Shown here: positions 7,704 to 16,350 of the stretch, piece by piece
How the letters are laid out: each line of letters begins with the position of its first letter
Numbering within the stretch: the first letter of the stretch is position 1
Assembly: GCA_964628585.1 (NCBI GenBank)
Contig: CAZVMH010000001.1
Span: forward strand, 64,450 to 128,449
Direction of reading: 5' to 3'
Length of the DNA: 64,000 nucleotides
From: an uncultured Candidatus Saccharibacteria bacterium
GTDB taxonomy: Bacteria > Patescibacteriota > UBA1384 > XYA2-FULL-43-10 > 1-14-0-10-43-13
The notes under the pieces: generated by a model
Told to the model about the DNA's origin: nothing
The model's input: only the letters and a program-made list of their open reading frames with translations
Databases searched by the model: none
Translations under genes and position numbers: made by a program

Positions 7704-8453
7704 ATGATCACTCAAATTTGTGGAAAGAAGAGAGCAGTATTATTTCCTGCCAAATCACAATCAGATAAATTCGTCCTGTTCTTAACTGGTTTCCCAAAAT
7801 ATCCCGCATCCAACAACTTTATCGATTTTTTTGTTGAGAATAATTACAACGTGATTTGCCCTCTCTACACGGGAACTTTTGATAGTATGGGAGATTTTTC
7901 GATTAGTAATTGTATTGAGGATGTTAGGGATTGGTTTAACTTTATTAAAAAGGGAGAGTATTTTTTTGGGCCTCAAAGGCCAAAGCAAGAGATTGAAGCA
8001 TCGGAGATAGTGTTTTTCTCTCACAGTTTCGGCTCCTACATTTTGGACTTGGCACTTCGAAAATATGATTTTGAAGGTGTTGAAAAAACGATGTTTGTTT
8101 CTCCTCTTAGTAGGCCCAACAATCATCAAACTCAAGAAAGTGGTAAAATCTCCAAAACGACTGAAGAAATGGTGGCTCGGAACTATCCTCTTTCCTATAG
8201 ATTTGGAAATAAATCAGAATTTTTTGGCGAAATTGCTGGAGACGTGATCAATCCATTGTCTTCAGAAAAAATTAAGTCTAGCAAATTGAAAGCACTCGTA
8301 CTGGTCGGAGACCAAGATCAGGTGACACCAAAGGAAATGGCCACATCTTTGGCCCAAGATTATCCGGGGAGCACTCTGAAAATTATTGGCGGCGGCCATT
8401 CTTCATCGATTGATTTTGTGGCGGCCTCCAAGTTAATCGAAGAATTTATATAA
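7704..8453 (+). CDS. Alpha/beta-hydrolase fold esterase/lipase-like protein
   Basis: 249-aa ORF with a nucleophile-elbow pentapeptide HSFGS (GxSxG) and a C-terminal GGGHSS motif consistent with the catalytic His region. Confidence 0.55.
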   Translation: MITQICGKKRAVLFPAKSQSDKFVLFLTGFPKYPASNNFIDFFVENNYNVICPLYTGTFDSMGDFSISNCIEDVRDWFNFIKKGEYFFGPQRPKQEIEASEIVFFSHSFGSYILDLALRKYDFEGVEKTMFVSPLSRPNNHQTQESGKISKTTEEMVARNYPLSYRFGNKSEFFGEIAGDVINPLSSEKIKSSKLKALVLVGDQDQVTPKEMATSLAQDYPGSTLKIIGGGHSSSIDFVAASKLIEEFI

Positions 8454-8478
8454 TATAATTTAAATTGTAACATAAAAG

Positions 8479-8504
8479 AAAGGCGTTGCTCTCGCAACGC
8501 CTTT
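8479..8504. terminator. Bidirectional intrinsic terminator hairpin (11-bp perfect stem AAAGGCGTTGC/GCAACGCCTTT, loop TCTC) between the convergent hydrolase and tyrS genes
   Basis: Perfect inverted repeat with a U-rich flank on the plus side. It sits 26 bp after the 7704..8453 stop codon and 29 bp after the tyrS stop codon. Confidence 0.65.
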
Positions 8505-8532
8505 CGGTGTGTTTTCCTCCCTTTGATTCTGG

Positions 8533-9726
8533 CTACTTGAGCCTGATTTGGGCGAACTTGATCTTTCCTGCCCGCAAAATGCAGTCGTGGGTGATCATGT
8601 AGCCGATGTCAGACACTTTCTCGCCATCAATTCGGGCTCCGCCTTGCTCGATGAGGCGCCTGGCGCCGTTTTTCGATTCGGCGAACCCAATTGTTGTCAG
8701 TACATCTACGATGTTTGCCGGACTAATCGCATAGGTCGGCATGCTCTCTGGCGTTTTCCTCTCCTGGAAAACCCGATTGAACTCATCCGCAGCCTTCTGG
8801 GCAATTACGGATCCGTGAAGGTCAGCGACAATCTCAATCGCTAGCGCGAGTTTGATGTCGCGGGGATTAGCCTTTCCCGATTTCATGTCGAGTTCAGATT
8901 TCTCGATGGTTTTGCGCGGTATCCGCGTCAAATGAATCAGGTATGGCACTATCATGTCGTCCGACATGCTCATGAGTTTTCCGAGCATATCGTTGGGGCT
9001 GTCGGTCAGGTTGATGGTGTTGCCCCAGGACGAGCTCATCTTCCTTCCGTCCAAGCCATTGATCAGAGTTGTCATGATCAGGGCTTGGGGCTTTGCTTGG
9101 TGGGCGCGTTGTATCTCTCGGCCTGCCAGCATGTTAAATCTCTGGTCAGTACCACCAACCTCAATGTCAGCGCTAAGGTAAAGCGAGTCGTACCCCTGCA
9201 TTATGGGGTAAACCATTTCTCTGACCGAGACCCTCTTGCCCTCTTGGAGCCTCTTGGCGATGTTAGATCTCGCCGAAAACTCCGCTAGGGTGAATAAGTT
9301 GGTCAGTGCCAGGAAACGACCGAAGTCCATCTGGCTCCACCAAGACTTATTGTAATGGACTTCAGTCTTCGCGAGATCTAGTATCTGCCCAATCTGCTGG
9401 GTATATGTCCGCATATTGGTTGCGACTACATCTGCGGATACTGCAGGACGCTCGCTCTCTTTGTCGCTCGTGTCGCCAATCTCGGCCGTGAAGTCTCCTA
9501 TAATCAGGACTATCTGGTGGCCAAGCTTCTGCAGATCACGCAAGAGCATAATCGGGATAGCCCTTCCAAGATGAATGTTCTCGCTGGTTGGATCGGTGCC
9601 CCACTTAATCCTTAGGGGCGGGCCACTTAGAAGGTCAACCATGCTGGTATCGGAGATGATCTCTTGGATGTGTCCCCGGTCGAGCAGTTCTGTTACGGCG
9701 GAAACTCTTTTGGCGTGATTCATCAC
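8533..9726 (-). CDS. tyrS: Tyrosyl-tRNA synthetase (class I; degenerate HIGH = IHLG, KMSKS = KMSSS, C-terminal S4-like domain)
   Basis: 397-aa ORF with DPTS..IHLG, GGTDQ and GRKMSSS motifs and a C-terminal GARRLIEQGGARIDGEKV S4 motif. The gene is GC-rich (about 52% GC). Confidence 0.8.
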   Translation of the reverse strand: MMNHAKRVSAVTELLDRGHIQEIISDTSMVDLLSGPPLRIKWGTDPTSENIHLGRAIPIMLLRDLQKLGHQIVLIIGDFTAEIGDTSDKESERPAVSADVVATNMRTYTQQIGQILDLAKTEVHYNKSWWSQMDFGRFLALTNLFTLAEFSARSNIAKRLQEGKRVSVREMVYPIMQGYDSLYLSADIEVGGTDQRFNMLAGREIQRAHQAKPQALIMTTLINGLDGRKMSSSWGNTINLTDSPNDMLGKLMSMSDDMIVPYLIHLTRIPRKTIEKSELDMKSGKANPRDIKLALAIEIVADLHGSVIAQKAADEFNRVFQERKTPESMPTYAISPANIVDVLTTIGFAESKNGARRLIEQGGARIDGEKVSDIGYMITHDCILRAGKIKFAQIRLK

Positions 9727-10514
9727 ATACTCCTTTTCGCGGTGACGATGTCACCTATTCTGAATGGACTTGAGGTAGTTGTGAGCTTGCGCACACAGCC
9801 TACTTCAGCAAGTCCTAGCGAGCTACCCTTGTAGATTGCCCAGGTGCTGTCTGGCAGGTTCTTCATGGCGTGTGAGAAGGTAACAACTTGCCAATCGTTG
9901 CCGTTGATGGCCAACTGCAACTTCTCTCCCTCGGCTAAGCTAGGGGGGAGTAACATCTTTACCTTAGCAACGCCGAAGTTGTCAATATGAACGATTGTGC
10001 CGTCAGCGATCTCTAACCGTGTAAGGCGGTTGGGATCAAACTTGCATTTGTATCCGTTAAGATTGGCCATACTGGCCACCTTGACCGCCTCTGGTGCGTG
10101 GAAATACTTACCACCGAAGGAAATGAACTGAACGCCATCAAGTCCTTCGGATGAATACTCGTACACTTCGCTCAGACCGAAATCGTCCAGTAGCCAGCTT
10201 AAGGCGCCGGTGTTTTCGGCCACAAATCGAATTCCGTTCTGGGTCCGGCCAACAAGCCGGGCTCGATTTGCGCGGGCAGTAGGTAGAGCGTTAGCTACAA
10301 TCAGTAAGACAGTGCTTAACGGATCGCAACTTTCTGCTAGTAGGCGAACCAGAAAGGCGCAATTGATGGTCGAGAATTCTTTGCAGTTGACGAACGGGTC
10401 GATTACTACTTTGTCTTCTTGGCCTAGCGCGTTTATGGTTCGATTGAGCGTCGCATGCAGTTCGTTGCTTGCGACATCGGTGCAATCGGTGAACGTTAGG
10501 ATTCTTGATTTCAT
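9723..10514 (-). CDS. SAM hydroxide adenosyltransferase family protein (DUF62 / fluorinase-chlorinase-like fold)
   Basis: A D-x-FG motif (IVHIDNFGVA) in the C-terminal domain and an N-terminal TDxxD-containing segment. The likely true start is 10514, where an AGGAGG SD lies 7 nt upstream; the longer ORF reaches 10583. Moderate similarity only. Confidence 0.5.
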   Translation of the reverse strand: MKSRILTFTDCTDVASNELHATLNRTINALGQEDKVVIDPFVNCKEFSTINCAFLVRLLAESCDPLSTVLLIVANALPTARANRARLVGRTQNGIRFVAENTGALSWLLDDFGLSEVYEYSSEGLDGVQFISFGGKYFHAPEAVKVASMANLNGYKCKFDPNRLTRLEIADGTIVHIDNFGVAKVKMLLPPSLAEGEKLQLAINGNDWQVVTFSHAMKNLPDSTWAIYKGSSLGLAEVGCVRKLTTTSSPFRIGDIVTAKRSM

Positions 10515-10533
10515 CTGGTTGCCTCCTTGTGGT

Positions 10534-11478
10534 CTACTCGAACACGGACACCTCATAAACACGGTCGTCGGCAGAGAAATCATATGTATCGATAATCTTA
10601 CCGCTCCAGTCTAGCTGAAGTATGCGATGGTTGTCGGCGTCAGCTGCAAAGATAGTATCGTCTTTTTGGCAGTGTATCGCGTCCTGAACCCAGGACATGC
10701 CGAGGTCTGCGCCCAACTCTTGCGTAAGCTCAAGCTGGTCGTTTAAGACCATGATCGTATTAGCAGACGTGTTGCAGAGAAGGTGCCTTCCTGCTCCTGC
10801 GTCTTTCAGGTTGTGGGGATTCTTGAGTCCCCTTAGCACAACCTGAATTGTGTCGGCTTCCTTGTCAATCAGTACAAGCTCGCCCGGATGGAAAAGTGTT
10901 GCCACGATTTTGCTTTCTTTTTCATCCACGTAGCGACAGTAATTGACGTGAGTCGTCTGGTGCAAGGAGGGGTATTCAACTCCCTGGTGTTTTGTCTCTC
11001 GATCAACGATCCTTTCGCCTCCGAGTTGATCTGACTTGTACCCATGCTCGGTAAACAAAAACGAGTAGATCGTTTTTCCAGAAGAGTCGACTTCTACTAT
11101 TGCATCGGTACCAGTGCTGGCTACCATCCAGCCAGAGCTAGTTTTTACCAAAGAATGTGGCTTGTTGAACAAGTCGTTATCTATGGTCGTCAAGATAGCC
11201 TTCTGGGATAACGATATTGCCAATATAGCACCGCTCCTAAGCGTGTTGGCCATCAACAAATCGTTAGATGCACGATAGGTTCCCGTGGGGCACTCGACTG
11301 TCATGCTCCAGGCGATTTTCTTTGTTGCCCAATCAATGATGTCTATACGGCCACCAAGTCTTTTCACGAAAGGCTTGTCGCTTCCTCTCTTTCCTTCGCT
11401 CATCAAAACGGAGTGTCTAGCCCAATGTCTCTTGAGCTGGTCGAAGTCTGTTGACAGATACGATGCCAATAAAAACAT
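10534..11478 (-). CDS. Hypothetical protein, possibly beta-propeller-like; function unknown
   Basis: 314-aa ORF in the GC-rich island, in an operon with the DUF62 gene and tyrS. No confident motif. Confidence 0.4.
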   Translation of the reverse strand: MFLLASYLSTDFDQLKRHWARHSVLMSEGKRGSDKPFVKRLGGRIDIIDWATKKIAWSMTVECPTGTYRASNDLLMANTLRSGAILAISLSQKAILTTIDNDLFNKPHSLVKTSSGWMVASTGTDAIVEVDSSGKTIYSFLFTEHGYKSDQLGGERIVDRETKHQGVEYPSLHQTTHVNYCRYVDEKESKIVATLFHPGELVLIDKEADTIQVVLRGLKNPHNLKDAGAGRHLLCNTSANTIMVLNDQLELTQELGADLGMSWVQDAIHCQKDDTIFAADADNHRILQLDWSGKIIDTYDFSADDRVYEVSVFE

Positions 11479-11490
11479 GTTTCTCCCTTC

Positions 11491-12135
11491 CTATCGACTT
11501 TCATTTATTGCATCAAGGACATCGGGGGATAGTTGTCTTAGCGCCACGCTCTCGTGTTCAAAATCGGTCTTGACCGTGAAACTGGCCGTAACAATTGCGC
11601 TTAGCGGATCGGACGATATGTTGCGATGCAGCGCAACGATAGCTTGAGCAAATTGTGGAATTATTATCGCTTGAGTCCCAACTAATCGGGCTTGCTCGAA
11701 TGCAAATAATTCCGCAGATGTGTGGAGACATTCGGATACAGGTATCGTTGTCTGGCCGCTCACAGTCTTCTTCTCGGGAAGGCATTTCACAAATTCACGA
11801 AAAGTAATGCGTTCCAGCATTGCGATTACTCCCCGCAGATATTCAGAAGATGTCATTGCAGCGCTCATTAGATGCACTGACGAATATAGTCCCGATATAG
11901 CAGAAAAAAACTCGCGGTTGAGCTCTTCTTGCTCTATGGCCGACCGTCCGAAGACTGCCATCGGCAGATAGTCATCCACAAAGATGCTGGGCTTTCTATA
12001 AGTGCAGATCTCAGACAATACTGAGTGCATTAGAAAACCAGGACCTGGTGGTCGGTTCGCCCACAGGACGATCCCGAAGGGGTGTTCAACACTGATCGGA
12101 CCCATGAATCCCTTGATATAGTCCCCAATTTTCAC
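11491..12135 (-). CDS. Hypothetical protein
   Basis: 214-aa ORF with GC-rich coding statistics and the same orientation as its neighbours. No recognisable motif. Confidence 0.4.
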   Translation of the reverse strand: MKIGDYIKGFMGPISVEHPFGIVLWANRPPGPGFLMHSVLSEICTYRKPSIFVDDYLPMAVFGRSAIEQEELNREFFSAISGLYSSVHLMSAAMTSSEYLRGVIAMLERITFREFVKCLPEKKTVSGQTTIPVSECLHTSAELFAFEQARLVGTQAIIIPQFAQAIVALHRNISSDPLSAIVTASFTVKTDFEHESVALRQLSPDVLDAINESR

Positions 12136-12241
12136 GTCATTTCCTCCAGTAATGTCAAAGAGCCTTGTCGAGAAACCAACGATTTACGATGGTCATTGCA
12201 ACGGCTAGTTATAACACCCACAAGCTGGGCCTGTCAAGCAA

Positions 12242-12469
12242 ATGTGCTGGCTCACCACTTTTCTAATAGCAGGATTTGTGTTATTGTGGATGCGAAGCAT
12301 TGTTGTTCGAAAGGAGAAAGCGGTGAGACTCGCAAAAAGGACCCTAATCGCGGTTTCTGTCCTAGCTGTTGTTATCTTGGGGGTATACTATGCAGGAGTA
12401 TTGAACTGCAATACCCCAGAGAACGCAGCGATGTACACCCGTGTCGTTCATAGCATGGGCGTGCAGTAA
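12242..12469 (+). CDS. Possible small two-TM membrane protein (75 aa)
   Basis: ORF with two hydrophobic helices. No SD could be identified, so it is questionable. Confidence 0.25.
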   Translation: MCWLTTFLIAGFVLLWMRSIVVRKEKAVRLAKRTLIAVSVLAVVILGVYYAGVLNCNTPENAAMYTRVVHSMGVQ

Positions 12470-12508
12470 CTTAGCCTGTCGCTCAAACTAGAGTAATAGG
12501 GAACCAGT

Positions 12509-12540
12509 CGTTTCAGGGGCGTGATTACGCCCCTGAAACG
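12509..12540 (+). terminator. Strong hairpin (14-bp perfect stem CGTTTCAGGGGCGT/ACGCCCCTGAAACG, loop GATT) at the right boundary of GC island 2
   Basis: Perfect inverted repeat. No U-tract follows; the next gene's RBS (AAGGAA) and ATG do. It could be a terminator, an RNA-stability element or an island-boundary element. Confidence 0.4.
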
Positions 12541-12557
12541 AAGGAACATATAGAATT

Positions 12558-13232
12558 ATGACAAATTTCATTAAAAAAGAATCTGCACATTATGATTTTT
12601 TCTTTTTTCCAGATTCGCTGGCCGAAAAGGAAATTGATAAAATTATAAAAATCCAGGAATCGGCTTACGCCAAAATTTTGGAATTTTTGGGTGTGGAAAA
12701 TAATCGAAAGATTAATTACTTTCTATATCCATCAAACACAGTTAAAGGTAAAATAATGGGTGACGACGGTAATGGAAATGCCGACCCTAAAAAGTTTGAA
12801 GTGCATGCTGTTTATAACGAAGATGTCAAATGCATTGGTCCACACGAAGATACCCACCTATTGGCAATACCATTAGGGTTGCCTCCTCAACTTTTTCGTG
12901 AGGGCTTAGCCGAATATATGAGCGAAAAATGGGACAGCAGAAGCCATGCCCAGTGGGCAAGTCAATTTCTGTCTGAAGGAAAATTGCCAAATCTGGAACA
13001 GATTATCGATGATGAAGAGTGGTATGAATGTGACGATCTGGTTGCATATCCATCGGCAGGATCCTTTGTAACCTTTTTAACCACAAAAATTGGCAAAGAA
13101 AAATTTCTTGATTTATATAAAGCACTAAGTCGTGATTTTACTCCAGAAAAGAATAAAGATATTCTCAAAAAAATTACAGGTTCATCAATTTCTGAACTAC
13201 AAAAAGAGTGGGAAATCTTGCTGAAAAGATAG
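12558..13232 (+). CDS. Hypothetical protein with an HExxH motif (GPHEDTHLLA); putative zincin-like metallopeptidase fold
   Basis: 224-aa AT-rich ORF preceded by an RBS. The HEDTH motif is the only recognisable feature. Confidence 0.4.
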   Translation: MTNFIKKESAHYDFFFFPDSLAEKEIDKIIKIQESAYAKILEFLGVENNRKINYFLYPSNTVKGKIMGDDGNGNADPKKFEVHAVYNEDVKCIGPHEDTHLLAIPLGLPPQLFREGLAEYMSEKWDSRSHAQWASQFLSEGKLPNLEQIIDDEEWYECDDLVAYPSAGSFVTFLTTKIGKEKFLDLYKALSRDFTPEKNKDILKKITGSSISELQKEWEILLKR

Positions 13233-13354
13233 TAATTTTCTTATAACTTCTATATTGCTGGACTGTTATTTTATTGTATCAGGGCCATTTTTGTGATACA
13301 AAAAATGTAGTAGTAAAGTACCTGCTTTAGGGCAGAAGACAGGGGGCATCTGAA

Positions 13355-13801
13355 TTGAGGAGAAATCTGTTTCTTGCAGTAGTGCTCGTAGTTGTGATGC
13401 TAATGCTGGTCGGCTGCGGCGGTGGAGGCGGAGGGGGCTCGAATCCTCCGGGAAACCTGAACAAAGATGTGATCAAGGGAAAGATCACAGGCAACTGGGC
13501 GGGGGCGACCAATCTTGTAGTGCACTTTTACTACATTGATGATTGGGGACACGCCCAGACAGTTGCGACAGCAAACGTGAACCCAGATGGATCTTACCAG
13601 ATCACGATTCCACAGTCGGCAGAAGTGATCGGCGAGTACTACTCGCTCAATCTGTGGCGCGGTTCTATCTACGCGGGATCTGGCAAGGGTCTGTTTAGCT
13701 ACTTTGGGACCAATGATATTTGGCGCTGGGCAGAGGACGCATTTTCGCCAGACATCCCGATATCTGGACGTCAGTTCGACATTGAGTACTGGTCGCCGTA
13801 G
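13355..13801 (+). CDS. Lipoprotein (signal peptide with lipobox LVGC followed by a Gly8-Ser linker); function unknown
   Basis: N-terminal MRRNLFLAVVLVVVMLMLVGCGGGGGGGSNPPG. Short GC-rich gene. Confidence 0.55.
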   Translation: MRRNLFLAVVLVVVMLMLVGCGGGGGGGSNPPGNLNKDVIKGKITGNWAGATNLVVHFYYIDDWGHAQTVATANVNPDGSYQITIPQSAEVIGEYYSLNLWRGSIYAGSGKGLFSYFGTNDIWRWAEDAFSPDIPISGRQFDIEYWSP

Positions 13802-13827
13802 GGAAGGCGACAACGTTGTCATCATAG

Positions 13828-13857
13828 TTGGCGGCCGCATATTTGCGCGGCCGCCAA
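13828..13857 (+). terminator. GC-rich hairpin (11-bp stem TTGGCGGCCGC/GCGGCCGCCAA, 8-nt loop) 27 bp after the lipoprotein stop codon, followed by a T-rich tract
   Basis: Perfect inverted repeat that happens to contain two NotI-like GCGGCCGC sites. It marks the right edge of GC island 3. Confidence 0.55.
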
Positions 13858-13866
13858 TTGAATATT

Positions 13867-13895
13867 TTGACCTGGTTTAGAAATCATTATATAAT
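13867..13895 (+). promoter_or_regulatory. Sigma70-like promoter (TTGACC, 17-nt spacer, TATAAT) for the sortase gene; the predicted TSS coincides with the ATG, implying a leaderless mRNA
   Basis: -35 at 13867-13872 and -10 at 13890-13895. The start codon is at 13902, 7 nt after the -10. Confidence 0.45.
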
Positions 13896-13901
13896 GTTAC
13901 T

Positions 13902-14606
13902 ATGATAAAGATTGAGGATATTAGCCCGTCTAAAAGGATAGCCATTTTTGTGGTTTTGATGTTTGGCGTGGTTTACGGTGCTTATTGGTACTTATTTCAT
14001 CCCATCCCGGTTAAGGTTGCTGCTTCGGGTAGTGATGAGGTCATTATTGTGGTTCGAGACCAGTCAGTACCGACCCAACAATACGAGACTACGACAAATT
14101 ATGCCTTGATAAAGGACTACTTAAGTAATGCAGCCAGTTCACTAAAAGGCAAAGACACGAAACAAAATCCTGCAAACTATCTAATTATCGATAAAATTGG
14201 TGTTTCAGCTCCTTTAGAATCTGTTGGTTTTGATAAAGATGGCAACATGGCTACCCCTTCTGGACCAAACGTGGTGGCTTGGTACAGCCAGGGTGCCAAA
14301 ATTGGTTCTGTTGGAAATGCAGTTATTTCTGGTCACAAAGATACTACAAAAGGCAAAGCCGTTTTTTATCGATTGGGTGAACTTACCGTTGGAGACAAGG
14401 TCTTAGTTACCGACAGTACAGGTAAAGGTTATCAATATACAGTCGACTCTAAAAATAGCTATCCGAAAGATAATTTTCCCGCCAAAGAGATATTTTCAAA
14501 CGGGACTTCTGCCAGGCTTAATCTTGTAACTTGTTCTGGAACCTATGATAAGAATGCTAGATCATATAGCCACAGATTGGTAGTTTCAGCAGTATTGGCA
14601 AAGTAA
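13902..14606 (+). CDS. Sortase-family transpeptidase
   Basis: 234-aa ORF with an N-terminal TM anchor, the catalytic His in ISGHKD, the active-site Cys in the LVTC motif (TLxTC) and a conserved Arg (SHRLVV). Confidence 0.8.
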   Translation: MIKIEDISPSKRIAIFVVLMFGVVYGAYWYLFHPIPVKVAASGSDEVIIVVRDQSVPTQQYETTTNYALIKDYLSNAASSLKGKDTKQNPANYLIIDKIGVSAPLESVGFDKDGNMATPSGPNVVAWYSQGAKIGSVGNAVISGHKDTTKGKAVFYRLGELTVGDKVLVTDSTGKGYQYTVDSKNSYPKDNFPAKEIFSNGTSARLNLVTCSGTYDKNARSYSHRLVVSAVLAK

Positions 14607-14623
14607 ATTTTATATTAGATATG

Positions 14624-14657
14624 AAAAAACAGCGCATATTTCAGGCTGTTTTTTTGC
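14624..14657. terminator. Bidirectional intrinsic terminator (stem AAAAAACAGC/GCTGTTTTTT with an extra T-run) between the convergent sortase and vWA genes
   Basis: Inverted repeat with U-tracts on both strands. Confidence 0.6.
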
Positions 14658-14700
14658 ATATATTATCTACCAGACTACTTAACTATTGATACATAAACTC

Positions 14701-16269
14701 TTATCTTCCCGTTTTTGGTGGTCCAGCTGGAATGACTGAAACAGAAGCGTTGCCAGCTGCTGAAACCGAAGCATTACCAAATGCGGTGACGGTTTGGTTG
14801 TTATAGTAACCAGTTACGGTAGCATTGCTAGTCATACTCGAAGTTACCTGACGCTGACATGTATATCGCCAAGTCTCGGAATTTTGGAGTTTTGAATCAC
14901 TATTTGTGTCGCCACTTTTATAAGTAACAGGAGAACACTGAGTATCGGTAACATTAACTTGCTCAAGTTCGGTATTACTAGGGTTTACTATAGTATAGGT
15001 AAACACAACCAAGCCACCTCCAATTGGAACGCCAGTTGGACTGGCCGTAACTGTTATGCCTATTTGAGGAGTCGTAGCTTTATTAATAAAAACACAGTAT
15101 GCATTACTAGATAGAGTTATTGGGATATTACTAATTGTATTTGTAATAAGATTAAAATTCCCTACGCTGGAACCATTTTGCTGACACTCCGCCGATTCCA
15201 ATGTATATCCAGTTTTTGGTGTTTCTGTAATTGAATAACTTCCTACGTCTAACTCAGTATATTGGAAAAGGCCTGTTGTGGTTGTCGTCTGACCGGTAAT
15301 AGATGAAGGTCCAGACAGATCAAAACCATATCCTGTCAAAAGTGCGTTCTCAATGCCACCATCGATATCTGCGTCACCATCACCGTCGGTGTCAATCTGA
15401 GCTTGAACCACGATTGCATCGTTGCACATTGAACTATAGAGTGTTGTAAGATTTGTGCCCAAGTTGTCGAAGTCGGAAGAAATTATGTCTGTACTTAAGG
15501 TAATGGGATCAGGGTCTGGCGAAACACTGTTTCCGATAACTTGTTTGAAGTTATCTATGTTGGCGTCAGCGCTAATAGCAAGCCCTAAAATCTTAATATT
15601 TTCTGCTTGTATTTCATCGGCCATTTCGGCGGCGTGTTGAACAGCCGTTGTCCCACCTGGATCACTTACGATAGCTACCGAAATAAGATCATCGACTTGT
15701 GTAATCTCGTCATAATAATTTGGTTGTCCGTCGGATGCAAAGATAATCAAATCTCTTTTTGCCGAGCGGTTGTTTACTGAATCGAAAGTATCTTTTGCAT
15801 TATACAATGCGTCATCCCAGTTCGTTCCGTCTTCTTCCGGCACTGTTGCGGCATCAATACTATTTTTAATCAATTCTGGCGTAGTACTTGGTGAAAATTC
15901 TAATACAGTAGAGGCAAAATTTCCGAAAGTGACTAAGGCAAATTGGGTCGGGGTAGAAGCAAATGAATCAACAAGATTCTTCAGAGCTGTTTTCATAATT
16001 ACTCTTTCGCCGTCAGTCATACTTCCCGTCATATCCATTACAAGAGTAATATCCATTCCGCATGTATTTACCGAATTTACGGTTGGGGCACCAGCGCCAG
16101 TAGGAGCCGGCGAAGATCCACCCTCAGGAACAAAATAGGGTGCATCAGCCGATATTCTAAAATCAATTGTTTTATTACTTCTAAGCCAAACAAACCCACC
16201 CAGGACTAGTACAAAAACAAGAGTTAGGGGTGCAACTATTTTTAATCTTCGATTAAAGTTCATAGACAA
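14701..16269 (-). CDS. Surface protein with an N-terminal signal-anchor, a von Willebrand factor A domain (MIDAS DMTGSM) and Ser/Thr-rich beta-repeat (Cna-B/DUF11-like) domains, ending in PAGPPKTGR; probable sortase substrate or adhesin
   Basis: 522-aa ORF with DITLVMDMTGSMTDGE (DxSxS-type MIDAS) and repetitive T/S/N-rich segments. It lies adjacent to and convergent with the sortase gene. Confidence 0.6.
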   Translation of the reverse strand: MSMNFNRRLKIVAPLTLVFVLVLGGFVWLRSNKTIDFRISADAPYFVPEGGSSPAPTGAGAPTVNSVNTCGMDITLVMDMTGSMTDGERVIMKTALKNLVDSFASTPTQFALVTFGNFASTVLEFSPSTTPELIKNSIDAATVPEEDGTNWDDALYNAKDTFDSVNNRSAKRDLIIFASDGQPNYYDEITQVDDLISVAIVSDPGGTTAVQHAAEMADEIQAENIKILGLAISADANIDNFKQVIGNSVSPDPDPITLSTDIISSDFDNLGTNLTTLYSSMCNDAIVVQAQIDTDGDGDADIDGGIENALLTGYGFDLSGPSSITGQTTTTTGLFQYTELDVGSYSITETPKTGYTLESAECQQNGSSVGNFNLITNTISNIPITLSSNAYCVFINKATTPQIGITVTASPTGVPIGGGLVVFTYTIVNPSNTELEQVNVTDTQCSPVTYKSGDTNSDSKLQNSETWRYTCQRQVTSSMTSNATVTGYYNNQTVTAFGNASVSAAGNASVSVIPAGPPKTGR

Positions 16270-16350
16270 ATAAAAAATTATTACTAATAATCACATTATA
16301 CCAATTCTAATTAAGTAAACGCAATTGTCATTTATAAAAATAATTTTTTA

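Noticed and set aside
13828-13857. Paired NotI-like GCGGCCGC sites forming a palindrome; considered as a terminal inverted repeat of a mobile element
   Set aside because: It is a single hairpin immediately after a stop codon with a T-rich tract. No transposase, second IR or target duplication is nearby. It is a terminator.
59-13860. Explaining the GC mosaic as a chimeric assembly
   Set aside because: Not fully rejected. It was judged less likely than HGT for three reasons. Compositional switches occur five or more times within one contig. Each switch falls exactly at a gene boundary with a terminator-like hairpin. Operon signals, such as the promoter at 2586-2613 and the coupled genes, are intact within the islands. 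Read-level data are needed.
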